A stretch of 64,000 nt of DNA, taken from the human T2T-CHM13v2.0 reference genome, Homo sapiens. Positions 25,600 to 37,495 of the stretch are shown one piece after another. The notes under the pieces are model-generated. The model did no database searches. It had not been told where the DNA came from and saw only the letters and a list, made by a program, of their open reading frames with translations. Where the stretch lies: NCBI RefSeq assembly GCF_009914755.1, contig NC_060945.1, one strand, 5' to 3'. A program made the position numbers and the translations under genes. The first letter of the stretch is position 1, and each line of letters opens with the position of its first letter.

Positions 25600-28150
25600 C
25601 ACTGCCATCGTCATCTGGTCTCTTACATCCTCATCCTCATGCTACTCAGTTTCCTCTCCTATGACTCATCCTTCCATTCCTACTCAATTTCCCGGCCAAC
25701 CTCCTGGCTTTTGCTCTCATTGTTCCATCTGCCTGCCCTGACTACATGCTCCACCTGGTGAAAACCCACTGTCCTTTCAAGACTCATCACAATCACCTCT
25801 GCAAAGAAGAACCATCACCTGCCTCCCCCTAGCTGCAGCACCTCATAGAACTGACAATCCCCTCTATTTTTGCATTCCATATAGGGTGTAAAAATGGAGA
25901 CGATTGCCAATTTGTGAGAGGTAGCAGCTATGATATAAATGGTTAAAGAATTTCTTTGCATGTCTGCTGCCACTAGAATCAAATCCCTCTAAGGGCCTAG
26001 ATAGTTCTGTAACCACAGCTGTATCCTCAGTGCCTAGAACAGTATCTTCCAGCACACAGTATGTTCTTACTAAATGTTTCTTAATGAGATAAGCATCTCT
26101 ATTGGACCATTAGCTCCTTGGAGGCAAGAATAATGTCTTCTTTCCCCATTACCCCATAGCTCCGGGCACAGAGTTGGTTATCATATATGGCTGGATAATT
26201 ACATTAAATTCTTTCCATAGCGACTCTCTGGAAACCTTATTTCCCTGTAAATAAATTCCTCTGTTCATTCAAGCACTTCACCCAGCTCTCCCTCTATATA
26301 GTCACCTCTTTAACGTGATTCCTCCTTAAGAGATGAGACTTCCTATTTTGTCCTCATCAAACAAGGTTGCTCATTCTCACAACTCCTTTTATCTGCAACC
26401 TAAGGTCAGCCTATTAGTACTTCTAGATCCCCATTTCAGCTCAATTTCTTTCCTTCATAGACAAGATTATGGAAAGAGCAGTCTACATTCCAGTCCTTAT
26501 CAGCCATCAGCTTTCAGTCCCTATTTCTATTGAAATAACTCTTAATAGGGTCAAATGTAATGGACTATTCTTGGAAATATTTCTGGCTACTTCCAGGCTC
26601 AGTTCACGTGTTTCTCAACTTCTCTGTAATATTAGGCATTGCTGCACGAAGTATCTTCCTCTTCCACTTCCTTACTTTCTTCCCACTTCTCTGTTCTAAT
26701 TTTTTCAGACTTTTGGAAGTGCCTTGCCTTCTATTTTATTCTTTACCTGGCATTCTGTCCTGACACCTCTAAACCTTATTCTCTGGTTCAACTAACACCT
26801 TTACAATGATGAACATTAAGTTCATTCCTCTTCTAAGGTCTAGTTTTATTTATCCCTCTGTCTCTGGAAAGCTCCACTTGGATAATCTAAAACACTTCAA
26901 AATCAGTTTTTATAAGGTAGGATGCATTATGTATTTCCCCTAACTCTTCTCTTCCTGTAGTAGTGTCTTACTTAATCAGTAGTACCCCCAATTATCCTCT
27001 TTTCTGAGCCACAAACCTGGCAGATATTTCTAGACAACCTTCATTTTTTTCCTCTATATCCAATTTCTGCCACTCCACATCTAAGGCCCAATGTCTGCCA
27101 TTCTGCTTCCAATATTACTTTCACATCCATGCCTTCTTCTTCATCCTTATGACTACTACGTGAAAATTGGCTCTAATCACCTTTTTCCTGTTTAACAAAG
27201 ATAAAAATGACTTCTGCATGAGTATTTGTTATGTGTCCTTCTCCCCTTTGCAGGATTCACTTAAGAACCATCTGCTGTGCCCATAGTGATAATGGTTTAA
27301 AAGAATTGAAAATCAGAAATAACTAGAAATAGGGCCAAGAAAGAGAAAAAAGGTAGTGGGGAGAAGGAACACATCCAGGAAACAAGGAGATGAGTTTTTT
27401 AAAAAAAGTTTACACCTGAACTGAGGGTGGAAAAAAGTTTTCAGTGTAGTGCTAGGGTTTGATAGAAATAGAAAGGTGAGTGAAGAACGATGATCTAATA
27501 CTATTCCTGAAATTCTAATAAAGGCTTATGTTGCATTTAAACATTTTCAGGGGCAAAAGTTGTGTTTATTTGATTATGGCATCACAAAGAGACCGGTCCA
27601 CATGAAGACCAAGGTTTACACGATCCACAGTTGAATATTGCAGTAGCCTTCTCTCTAATGTCCTCGATACTCCCTTCAAACTTCCACTTGGATATCAGAG
27701 TGACATTTTAAAGATGCAGACCTGATCATGACAATGCCTTGTTTAAAATTTTAAGCAATTTATCCAAACTGTTACAAAAAGTTCAAGCTCCTGATTTAGG
27801 TATAATTGCTGTTTATAATATGACTCTTGCCCAAACATGTCACCAAATCTTCAGACACTCCCCAGAACTAAAACCATTCTGAATAGTTAGCAGTCAGTCC
27901 TCTGAAGACACACCACTTTACATATGATTTTTTCCTCTATTTTAAATATTCTCCTTTCCTTCTTCACATCAACCAATTTCTATTTGTATTCAAATCCCAT
28001 ACAAATGACTACTCTTAGAAGCCCAATGCACTGTCCATTCCACAAATGACTACTCTTAAAAAGCCTTCTTTGACACCTGAGTCTGAGTCAGATACAAATG
28101 ACTACTCTTAAAAATCCTTCTTTGACACCTGAGTCTGAGTCAGATGATTA
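25600..28150 (+). mobile_element. Fragmented L2 tract (several pieces)
   Basis: L2 3' ends (gtatcctcagtgcctagaacagt...taaatgtt) and pyrimidine-rich ORF2/3'UTR remnants (cagacctgatcatg, caagctcct). Confidence 0.6.
28042..28145. repeat. 52-bp tandem duplication (plus a partial third copy at 28001-28017)
   Basis: 28042-28093 vs 28094-28145, 51/52 identical. Confidence 0.97.
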
Positions 28151-28489
28151 GCCCCATTCTCACAGTAAACAGGTCCCATAAACTTCATGACCCTCCTTTC
28201 CTTCCTCCTCCTTGAGACAGCCAACTTTACCAGTTTAATTTTTGCCTGTAATAATTTTTTTCAGAGTATTTATAAACACTGTGTGCAATGTGTACATTTT
28301 ACAAAACTGGATGACATATATTATAAAGCTGATCAGCAAGAATATAGATAGGACAGTAGCCTGAATTCTTTCAAACGAAAAGATGAATAAAGACCTGCCA
28401 TAACAAATAGTAAGAATATACTACCTCTTAAGGTGAACTGAGTGTTAGAGGCATATGAAGTTTTATACAGTCAAGTAGGTTTATGTAGA

Positions 28490-28830
28490 CTCCATGAATG
28501 ACAAAGGGAATTAGAGATGCTCTGAAGACAGTATTTAAAAATCAGTGAATAAGGATGAAGTCTTCAGCAAAGGGGTCAGAAAAGCCACATACATACTTGG
28601 TAAAAGAAGACTCAGCTTCCTATCTCAAAACAAAAATATAATAAATCTCATATGGATTAAATGCTAGAATGTAAATATAAAACCATAAAAGTACTTGAAT
28701 AAAATATAGAAAATTATTTTTATATTTGCATAAAGAAACCCCTTCTTAGTGCAACTTGAAGATCAAATGCCTTAAAGAAGAAGACTAGTTTGAGTAGCTA
28801 AAAAAAAGTACAATTTTATGCTTTAAAACT
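28490..28830 (+). mobile_element. Old L1M ORF2 fragment
   Basis: atggattaaatgctagaatgtaaa...aaccataaaagtacttgaataaaatatag. Confidence 0.65.
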
Positions 28831-29893
28831 ATATTTTTTCATGATAGTTGTTTCCTTTAAATGTTATAAAACATGACTTTTCTGCTTTGTCTCTGACCAC
28901 GTCTTCACAAAAATGACAGAAGAGCTATTGCTTCAGTCACTTAGAAGAAATATTTATAGATGATCAATATTGGCCTCTGAATGTAAACTGCAATATCTAC
29001 CTGACTAACCAAAGAAATTGATATCTACCTTGTTTATGGAATTTTTCTATCCTGGAAATTCTGTGATTCCTGGCACATATTGTTCTATTGTTTTATCACA
29101 CTCTTCATGTTTATCAGGTTTTTTCATATTTGTGTATCCATGGATATACAAATCAATGATTTTCTTTCTTCCTATGAAATACAGCTGTGGAATTTAAGAA
29201 TTTAGCAGCCGTAATTTTCTATTCACCTTCTCTCCTTAAGACTAAGTAATTATAGTTCCTACTATTTTTTGCAGATGACTCTTTAAATATTTCAAAATGC
29301 TGTCTAAATTCTTTATCAGTCACTGTCTCTCATTTGATTAGGGAGCAGAAGATAAAGGGTAGCCTGAGACGGAAATCTAAGAATCAGAAGTTGGAAACTG
29401 TTACCCATGTTTAAGGCTTGACAATCAAGACCAAGAGGCAGAACTGGGGCATGCAGCAGCTGAGGACAAAGTAGTTCCCAGAGCTGTAGAATGCATTGAG
29501 GCCAAATCAGTGGACACGTGCAACCAGCCACAATCTAAAGTGAGAAGATCGATAGAGGAGAGAGGTAAGGCAAGGTCATGATGGAAAACTTAAACACTTC
29601 TGTTAAAAGTAAGCATCTCAAGGGAGACTCGTGTGCTTCAGGCGCTTAGTGAGAGGACTTGGAAGAAAATTGAGGGATTATAGGAAGCCATGAGTGTGGC
29701 CAGCCTGAGAGACTCATGTGAGCCAGTAGTTAATTCTATCTTTTCCTAATCAATTCCAGCTATCTCTCCAGACTCAGAAACTCAGAAATGTCTCCAAGTT
29801 CTCCTTCCCTCTTAAATGAAAGAAGTGAACATGGAGATTAACTTCTGTGTGATGAAACATAAGGAACTGCACCAATGTTTTATTTTTCTAGGA

Positions 29894-30092
29894 CAGGAGT
29901 CAGCAATTTTTTTTCTGTAATGGGCCAGATAGTACATATTTTTGTTTTGTAGGCCATCCAATCTCTGCACAGCTATTCAACTCTGTTTTTGTAGCACAAA
30001 GGCAGCCACAGACAACACATAAAAGAAAGGACACAGATGTGTTCCAATAAAACTTTATTTACAAAAAAAAGTAATGAATTGACTAACTCCTG
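29894..30092 (+). mobile_element. MER58A-like hAT MITE
   Basis: caggagtcagcaa...ctgtaatgggccagatagta...gttccaataaaactttattt...actaactcctg; TSD ttctagga/ttctagaa. Confidence 0.88.
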
Positions 30093-30994
30093 TTCTAGAA
30101 TTTGGTTGTATTAGATGTGGTTACTTACAATTGTTAGATCTCAAGCTAGGTTGGGGAAATATTTTTATTTAGATACATAAATCTTCATTATAACAATATT
30201 TTAGAAAGGAATTGAGCTATGATGTTTTAATCATGTTTTAGCTAATATTAAGTGCAAAGGAATTTGATTTTGATTTTCATAATTTACTTTCTCATTTAAA
30301 ATCAGAGACCTAATATGTCTTTCCACTTCCAATCTGTGATTTGATATTAATGCTAATATGAACAGCAACAGGAAGAGTGAGTTGGAAAGCATTTTTTTCC
30401 TTTGAGACAAAGATGAGTGAAATATATACTCTTTAAAGTGATGTTGGAAAGTGCCTTTTGCTGGTTCTCTATTTCATCTTGCACTGTGGCCAAAATAAGC
30501 AGCACTGACTCTTTTCTTTCTTTTCATGGTTTACTGTAAGAAATCCCTCTCTAATTCCATCACCCAGCTCAGGATGCTTAGTAAACCTGTAGAGACATAC
30601 TGTCCATGAAGGAGTTCAAGAGGCCAAGTGATCAATTATTTGCCAAAGGAGCAGAATTTTGCTTACTTGCCTGTAGTTTTTTAAAGAAAACAAGAAAAAT
30701 TAGCAAGGAAAGAACAGTGAAGAAATTGAAGAGGTCTCTGAGTGTATCAAGCATCTACAAAACAATTTAATTTTGTCAATCAAGATGTTGCAAATGGCGA
30801 TGAATAAATCATGTCCCTATTTGTTAATATGCTGCATCAGGTTATTTTGAGAGAAAACAAGGGTTCTGCTACCAGAATGTTTTCCATTACTATAACTTTT
30901 TCAGCATTTCTACTTACTTATCATTAATACTTTGTTACTTCTTTTCACATTTTGAGAGCTAAAAGGGCACATCCATTCAAGTCAGTTCACAGTT

Positions 30995-32165
30995 CAGTTC
31001 AATGAATATTTATTGAGTACCTACTATGTGCCTGGCAATGGTCTAGGTGATTGAGATACAACAGTAAACAAAACAAAGATTCCTTTTATCATGGCACTTA
31101 TCGTCTTGTGGAAGGAGACAGTTAATAAGCCATAAATGCAATAAATAATAAGCATATTATTTAATATGTTAGAAGTTAATAAATACTGGTGAATTCTGAA
31201 GGCTGGAGCAGGGGATGAGGAGTTACTATATTTGGTAGGGGTCAAGGTAAATCCCTGTAAATAGAAATTGTAAATAAAGGCTAGAAAGAGGAGTAATAAG
31301 TTAGCCAAGAACATACTTGGGGAAACAAGATTCCAGGAGTGGAAATATCTAGAGCAAGTGCCCAAAAGTGACCGTGTCCTTGGAAAGTGGGAGACTAGCA
31401 ATGAGCACAGCCTGGCTGTAATGAAGTGAGCCCTTGTGGTGTAGGTAAGGAGTTCATGGAGTATAGGATTACAAAATTGGGGCTAGAAGACACTTTGAGG
31501 CCCTCTAATGTCTTTTATTCTCAGTGCAATGAGAAGCTGTAGCAGAGTTTTGAACAGAAGAGAAACATAACCTGACCTTTGTTTTAACAGCATCATTCTG
31601 GCTTCTATGTTGAGAACAGACTGAAGGAAAGTGTCTTAGTTCATTTGGTGCTGCTATAATAAAATACCTGAGACTGGGTAACTTATGAAGAACAGAAATT
31701 TACTTCTTTCAGTTCTGGAGGCTGGTAAGTCCAAAATCAAGACAGGTTTGTTTCTCTGCTGAGGGCTGCATTCTCCAGAGGGGAGAAATGTTGTGTCTTC
31801 ACATGGCAGAAGATGGAAGGGAGAGAACCCACTCTCAAAGCTTTTTAAAAGGACCCTAATTCATTCATGAGAGAGGAGCCCTTATGATCTAATCACTCTC
31901 AGAAGCACAACCTTCTAATACCAGCACCTTGTTGACTGGGTTTTAAGATGAATTTTTGAGGGAACATCATATTAAGGTCATAACAAAAAGTAAGAGCAGA
32001 AGGAAGAAGAACAATACAGAAGCTATTGGTATAATTCTGTTAACTGGTGGTGGATTTTCTGGGTGATGAGAAATCATCAGATTCTGAACAGGAACCAAAG
32101 GATCACTCCGTTGCTGATTGAAGCGTTTGAAGACCTAGCCAACGATTGGAATTGTCATTTTAAAC
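30995..32165 (-). mobile_element. L2a-like element interrupted by a MaLR LTR
   Basis: atatttattgagtacctactatgtgcctggca...gagttttgaacagaag...gttttaacagcatcattctggct. Confidence 0.8.
31632..31985 (-). mobile_element. MaLR solo LTR (MSTC/MSTD/MLT1A-like)
   Basis: tgtcttagttcatttggtgctgctataa...cagttctggaggctgg...tcataaca; TSD gaaag/aaaag. Confidence 0.85.
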
Positions 32166-32540
32166 TTCATGACTTACTCAAGCACACCTATAGATCATAA
32201 ATATATACTATTCTTCTTTCTAATATTTCTAAAGATTTAGAGGCAGACTGGAAAAAAGTATATTCTAATTGACATTGAGAAGAGAAAAAAGACAGGGGTT
32301 GTTAAGAACATTGAAAAGATGTTAGACAAGACTAGAAAAATGTGTTGATCAAGTCAGGCTGAATACACGTGATCCACACATCAAAGCTAGACTATGGGAA
32401 TAGGATGAGACTAGGGACAAGCTAGGAGCACAGAAACTATAGTAAAGAGAATTCTAGTATGTAGCCTTACCTAAAAATGTATAAAAATTACATATAAAAT
32501 ATTACTATTAAAAGGTCATTATATTTCATACTTTTGGGAA

Positions 32541-33107
32541 TGTATTAGCTATCCAGCAGTGTCTAACATATTACCCCCAAAACTCACCAGCTTTAAAAAA
32601 GAAACACTTATAATTGCATAGCTTCTGTGAACTAGAAATCTAGACACAGCTTAGCTGGATACCCCTGGGTTGATGTCTCTCAAAAGGTTTCAGTAAAGAT
32701 GTCTGCCTGGGGTATAAGCTTCTCAAATCGGGGAGGATCCACTTCCAAGCTCACTTGTGTCACTTTGGCAGCCCTCAAATGCTCAAGGTTATCTCCAGAT
32801 TTTACTGCCATGTTATGTGGTTCCTCCATAGGGCTATTCACAACTTGATAGCTTGTTTTTCCTAAGAAAGAGAAGACAGAGAGAAGGAAAAAGAGAAAGA
32901 CAGAGAGAGACAAAGACAGGAAAAAAGGCATCCAAGATGGAAGACACAATCTTCTTGTATCTTAATGAGGGAAGTGACATATCATCATTTCTGATATATT
33001 CTATTCATTAGAAGCCCCATAATCAAGAGAAGGAAGGGGATTGATTATAGAAGGACATGAATCCTAGAAGGTTATCACTGGGGCCATCTTTGAGATTCCC
33101 TGCCACG
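32541..33107 (-). mobile_element. MaLR solo LTR (MLT1F/G-like)
   Basis: tgtattagctatc...acagcttagctgg...ggaggatccacttccaagctcact...ggggccatctttgag. Confidence 0.8.
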
Positions 33108-34257
33108 GTACACTCAATAGCACAAGAATTAAGATAAGGGGCCCCTAAACAGTAGCTACATGAGACTTATGAAACTCTCAGATAATTGGTGTTCTCTGAC
33201 AACTAAATGAACTTAAAATTTTTACTCTACCTGTATTGTTGGCTAATCAATACCTAGTAATTGTTCTTGGTGCACACATTCATTCATTCTGAAGTTTGAT
33301 TACAATAAATTCCATATTTTCTAGAAAACAAAAAATCGAGGTAACTATGACTATACCACAGGGAAGATTTTACACTATGCACCCCAAATAACATTCCACA
33401 TTTATTTTCTAAATATCCTAATGGAATATATTATGATGTTTTGCATCATTTATAATGATATATTGTTTTAGTTTTTAAAGAAAATTATAAATCAATTAAA
33501 AGAGGAGTAGAAAATTTAGTAAGAAGAAAGCAAATTTTTTCTCCAAAAGATTTTATGGTTTTTTTCTGATAGAGTGGAGACAAGGGAATGTTTAATCCAT
33601 TGCTCAAGATCTACATGCAATTCTTTAATATCTACAAATTTGCTTGATATCTACCTGAAATGTTGGTCTTGAATAGAAATACACAGCTACAACCATTTTG
33701 GAAATACTTTTTTTCACCTTTTAAAAAATTTTAATTGTGTTAACACATATATTATGTAAAAGTCACCATTTTTAACCATTTGTTAGTGTACAGTTCAGTC
33801 GTGTTAAGTACATTCACATCGTTGTGCAACCAATCACCAGAACTTGTTTCACTCACAAAACTGAAACTCTACATCCATTAAACAACTCCCCATTCCTCAC
33901 TCCTCCCAGCCCCTGGCCACCACCATTCTACTTTCTGTCTCTATAAATTTGAGTACTCTGAGTAACTCATGTAAGTGGAATCACACAGTATTTGTCTTTT
34001 TGTGACTGGCATATTTTACTTAGCATAATATCCTCAAAGTTCATCCATGTTGTAGCACACGTCGGAGCTGAATACTATCCCATTGTACCACACTTTGTTT
34101 TTTTATTGATACATCAACAGAAACTTGGTTCTTTCTACCTTTTGGTTCTTGTGAATAATGCCACTATGAACATGGATGTACAAATACTTGTACAAGTTCC
34201 TGCTTTCACTTCCTTTGGGTATATATCCCAAAGTGGAATTTCTGGATTATATCATAG

Positions 34258-34552
34258 TTTTATTTTATTTTATTTTTTGAGATGGAGTCTTGCTCTGTCA
34301 CCCAAGCTAGACTGCAGTGGCATGATCACTGCAACCTCTGTCTCCCAGGTTCAAGCTATTCTCCTGTCTTAGCCTCCCGAGTAGCCAGGACTACAGGTGC
34401 CCACCACCATGCCTGGCTAACTTCTATTTTTAGTAGAGATGGAGTTTCACCATGTTGGCTGGGCTGGCCTTGAACTCCTGGACCTCAAGTGATCCACCCA
34501 CCTTGGCATCCCAAAGTGCTGGGATTAAAGGCGTGAGCCACCCTGCCCGGCC
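34258..34552 (-). mobile_element. AluS (Sx/Sz-like)
   Basis: ttttgagatggagtcttgctctgtcacc...gcgtgagccaccctgcccggcc; TSD ~atagtt(t/c)tatttt. Confidence 0.96.
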
Positions 34553-34854
34553 TATAGTTCTATTTTCAATTTTTTGAACAACCACCATGCTCTTTTCCAT
34601 AGTAGCTGCACCATTTTACATTTCCACCAACAGTGTGTAAGTGTTCCAATTTCTCCACATCCTCACCAATACTTGTTATTTTTTTTAAAGTAGCCATCCT
34701 GATGGGTATGAGGTGTTATGTCACCACAGTTTTGTTTGCCTTTGTCTAATGACATTGAACATATTTTCATATGCTTTTTAGCCATTTGTATATCTTCTTC
34801 GAAATAATAGCTATTCAAGTCCTTTGCCCATTTGTTTTTCATGTTGCTACTGTC

Positions 34855-35336
34855 TTTATTTTTATTTTTTATCTTTATAGATTTAGGGGTGATGTGGTTT
34901 GGCTCTGTGTCCCCACCCAAATCTCATGTTGAATTGTAATCCTCAGTGTTGGAGGAGGGACTTGGTGGGAGGCGATTGGATCTTGAGGGTGGATTTTCCC
35001 CTTGCTGTACTTGTGATAGTGAGTGAGTTCTCATAAGATCCGGTCGCTTGAAAATGTGTAGCACTTCTCCCTTTGCTCTCTCTCTTTCCATTCTCTAGTC
35101 CTATAGAATGTGCAGGTTTCCCCTTCACTTTCTTCCATAATTGTAAGTCTCCTGAGGCCTCCCCAGCCATGCTTCCTGTACAGCCCCAAGAACCATGAGC
35201 CAATTAAACTTCTTTTTTTTTTAATATAACTTACCCAATCTCAGGTAGTTCTTTATAGCAATGTGAAAATGAACTAAAACAAGGGGGTACAAGTGCAGCT
35301 TTGTTACATGGATATTTTGCATAATGGCAAAGTCTG
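34855..35336 (-). mobile_element. Very short L1PB/L1MA-type 3' end split by MSTA
   Basis: T-rich tail + tatagatttagggg [LTR] gtacaagtgcagctttgttacatggata...aagtctg; flanked by ctttgccca repeats. Confidence 0.7.
34890..35281 (+). mobile_element. MSTA solo LTR
   Basis: tgatgtggtttggctctgtgtccccacc...gccatgcttcctgtacagcc...gaactaaaaca; perfect TSD agggg. Confidence 0.93.
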
Positions 35337-37013
35337 CTTTGCCCACTTTTAAATTCGGTTATTTGTTTTTTGTTGTTGCTGTTGTTGTTTAACTGCAGGA
35401 GTTCTTCATATGATCTGGATATTAACCCCTTATCAGGTATATAATTTGCAAATACTTTCTCTGATTCCATAGGCTGCATTTTCACTGTGTTGATTATGAC
35501 CTTTGAAGCACAGTTTTTAATTTTGATGTTTCAGAAATACTTTTATTAGTTCTATCAATTGCAAAGCAAGAGGTTGTTCTATCTACAACTTAGAACTTAG
35601 CAGTGTTGTGGGTGGATAAGTTTGAGTCTAAATTAGAATTTAGAAATCCCTTTGCACATGTTGATGACTCAGGTGACAGGATCCTGACAAGTTAGTTTAC
35701 CTAAGGAATTTTGATTTGCTTTAGCATGTATGTGGTATCATAAATGATGGTTGAGGAAGGAAGGATTTGGGAAGCAACTATGAGAAGGCTAGTAGATTCA
35801 TGTGAGTCACGTAGCACTTTGAGAGGAGTGGGTTAAATCATGCAACACCTGTGATTCCTTCTCACTTGTCACTTGGTACAACATATTTGCCTGGTATATA
35901 TTTATTAAATAAATTTTGTTTAGTCTTTTCATTTTATTTTTTCTCAACTAGATGTATCTGCTTTGCATTTGACTGAGTATAGGCTTCGAGTGAGCAGGGA
36001 GCATGCCTAGGTAATAATCCCAGGCAGCCCAGTGAAAACTCAGGTATTGTCAATAATAGTAGAAATGAAATTTTGAAGAACTGTGGACTTGTACACTGTG
36101 AAATGACCCCTTGGGGAAGCATGTAGACAGGACATATGGGACCAAACCCGATGAAAAAGACATGCCCAAATGCAGAGAAGTATTTGGTACAGGGATTTTG
36201 CCTTTTTGTCCTGATCCTGTTACAACCTGAGACCCTAAAGAGGTACATCTCCTAACTATTCCAACTCTAACTTGCTAAGTTTCTGACCTTGGCTTATACT
36301 TCTAGTTTTGATCTCTTTAGTTTCTTGCCTCTATTAGCTTGATTCTGCCTCCATCATCCTTTTCTTTTCCTCCCGCATTCATGAATTGGATAACTGTTAG
36401 AACTTACTATGTGCCAAGACCATTACAGTCAAAACAAACAAACAATTCTTGCTCTAATGGAGCTGACAAGCTAATGGGTGATAAAAAGGCAAAAGTAGAA
36501 AAGTATAATAGAAAGTGACAAGTATTACGTAAATGAAATATTAATTGCTGTGGAAGCACAAAGGAGGATCCCCAAAACAGTGTTATAGCATCGAGAAAGT
36601 CTTCCCAGAGGAAATTATGTCTAAGTGAGACTTGGATGGTATATATAATTTAGCCAGGGAAAGCATCTAGTGTAGTGTGTGTGTGCACGTGTGTGTAAAA
36701 TTCAAAACAAAAGGAAAAGGCTATACAAAGGCCTGAGGACAGAGGAAGATGGGGTAATAGAAATGAGATGAGATATTTGAAAACCTAAGTGAAGCGCAGT
36801 GTGTTTGAAACATTAAAAGGTAAAAAGAAGAATAGCAAGGAGCACTAAGAAGATGAAAGGACCACGAGAGGCCTGCTAAAGAATTTGGACTTTACCCTCA
36901 GTGTAATGAAGAGTGATTGAACACTTTTAAGCATATCAGCAACACAGACATAACACTAGTGTTTTAGAAAAGTCACGATCTGCAATGTAAAGAATAAGTT
37001 GAAGAGAGAACAG

Positions 37014-37495
37014 GCACTGTCGTTTGAACGTTTGTCCCTCCAAAATCCATGTGTTGGAAACCTAATCCTCAATGCAACAGTGTTGGGAGGTGAGGCCTAA
37101 TGGGAGATGTTTAGGTCATGAGGGATCCACCATCATGAATGGACTAATGCCATTGTTGTGAGAGTGGTTATCACAGAGTGTGTTCCTGGTAAACAGGATG
37201 AATTTGTCCCAATTTGTCTCTTGCTCTTTCCCACCCTCCCTTGCTCTCTCCCACCCTCCCTTGCTCTCTCCCACCCTCCCTTGCTCTCTCCCACCCTCCC
37301 TTGCTCTCATGTGTGCTGTCTTGCCATGTGATGCCTTCCACCATCTTATGATGCAGCAAGAAGGTTCTCACCAGATGTGGCCCCTGGATCTTGGACTTTC
37401 CAGCCTCCAGAACTGTGAGTCAAATAAGCTTCTAGCTTTTGTAAGTTACTCTGTCTGTAGTAGTCTGTTGTAGCAGCAAGAAGCCGACTAAGACA
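37014..37495 (+). mobile_element. MaLR solo LTR (MSTC/MSTD-like)
   Basis: gtttgaacgtttgtccctccaaaatccatgtgttggaaacctaatcc...cagcctccagaactgtgag...gactaagaca. Confidence 0.85.
37221..37308. repeat. 20-bp minisatellite x4.4 (ttgctctctcccaccctccc)
   Basis: Four full units (one mismatch) plus 8 bp. Confidence 0.97.

Larger units (their letters stand above)
33715..35530 (-). mobile_element. L1MB-type 3' region hosting nested insertions
   Basis: gtacagttcagt..gttaagtacattcacatcgttgtgcaacca, ccccagcccctggccaccaccattctactttctgtctct, catttccaccaacagtgt. Confidence 0.9.

Noticed and set aside
28001-28145. Repeat-spacer-repeat pattern resembling a CRISPR array (also 16323-16459, 37221-37308, 51329-51530)
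   Set aside because: Primate DNA, no cas genes, no series of unique spacers; explained by tandem duplication or MER52 internal repeats
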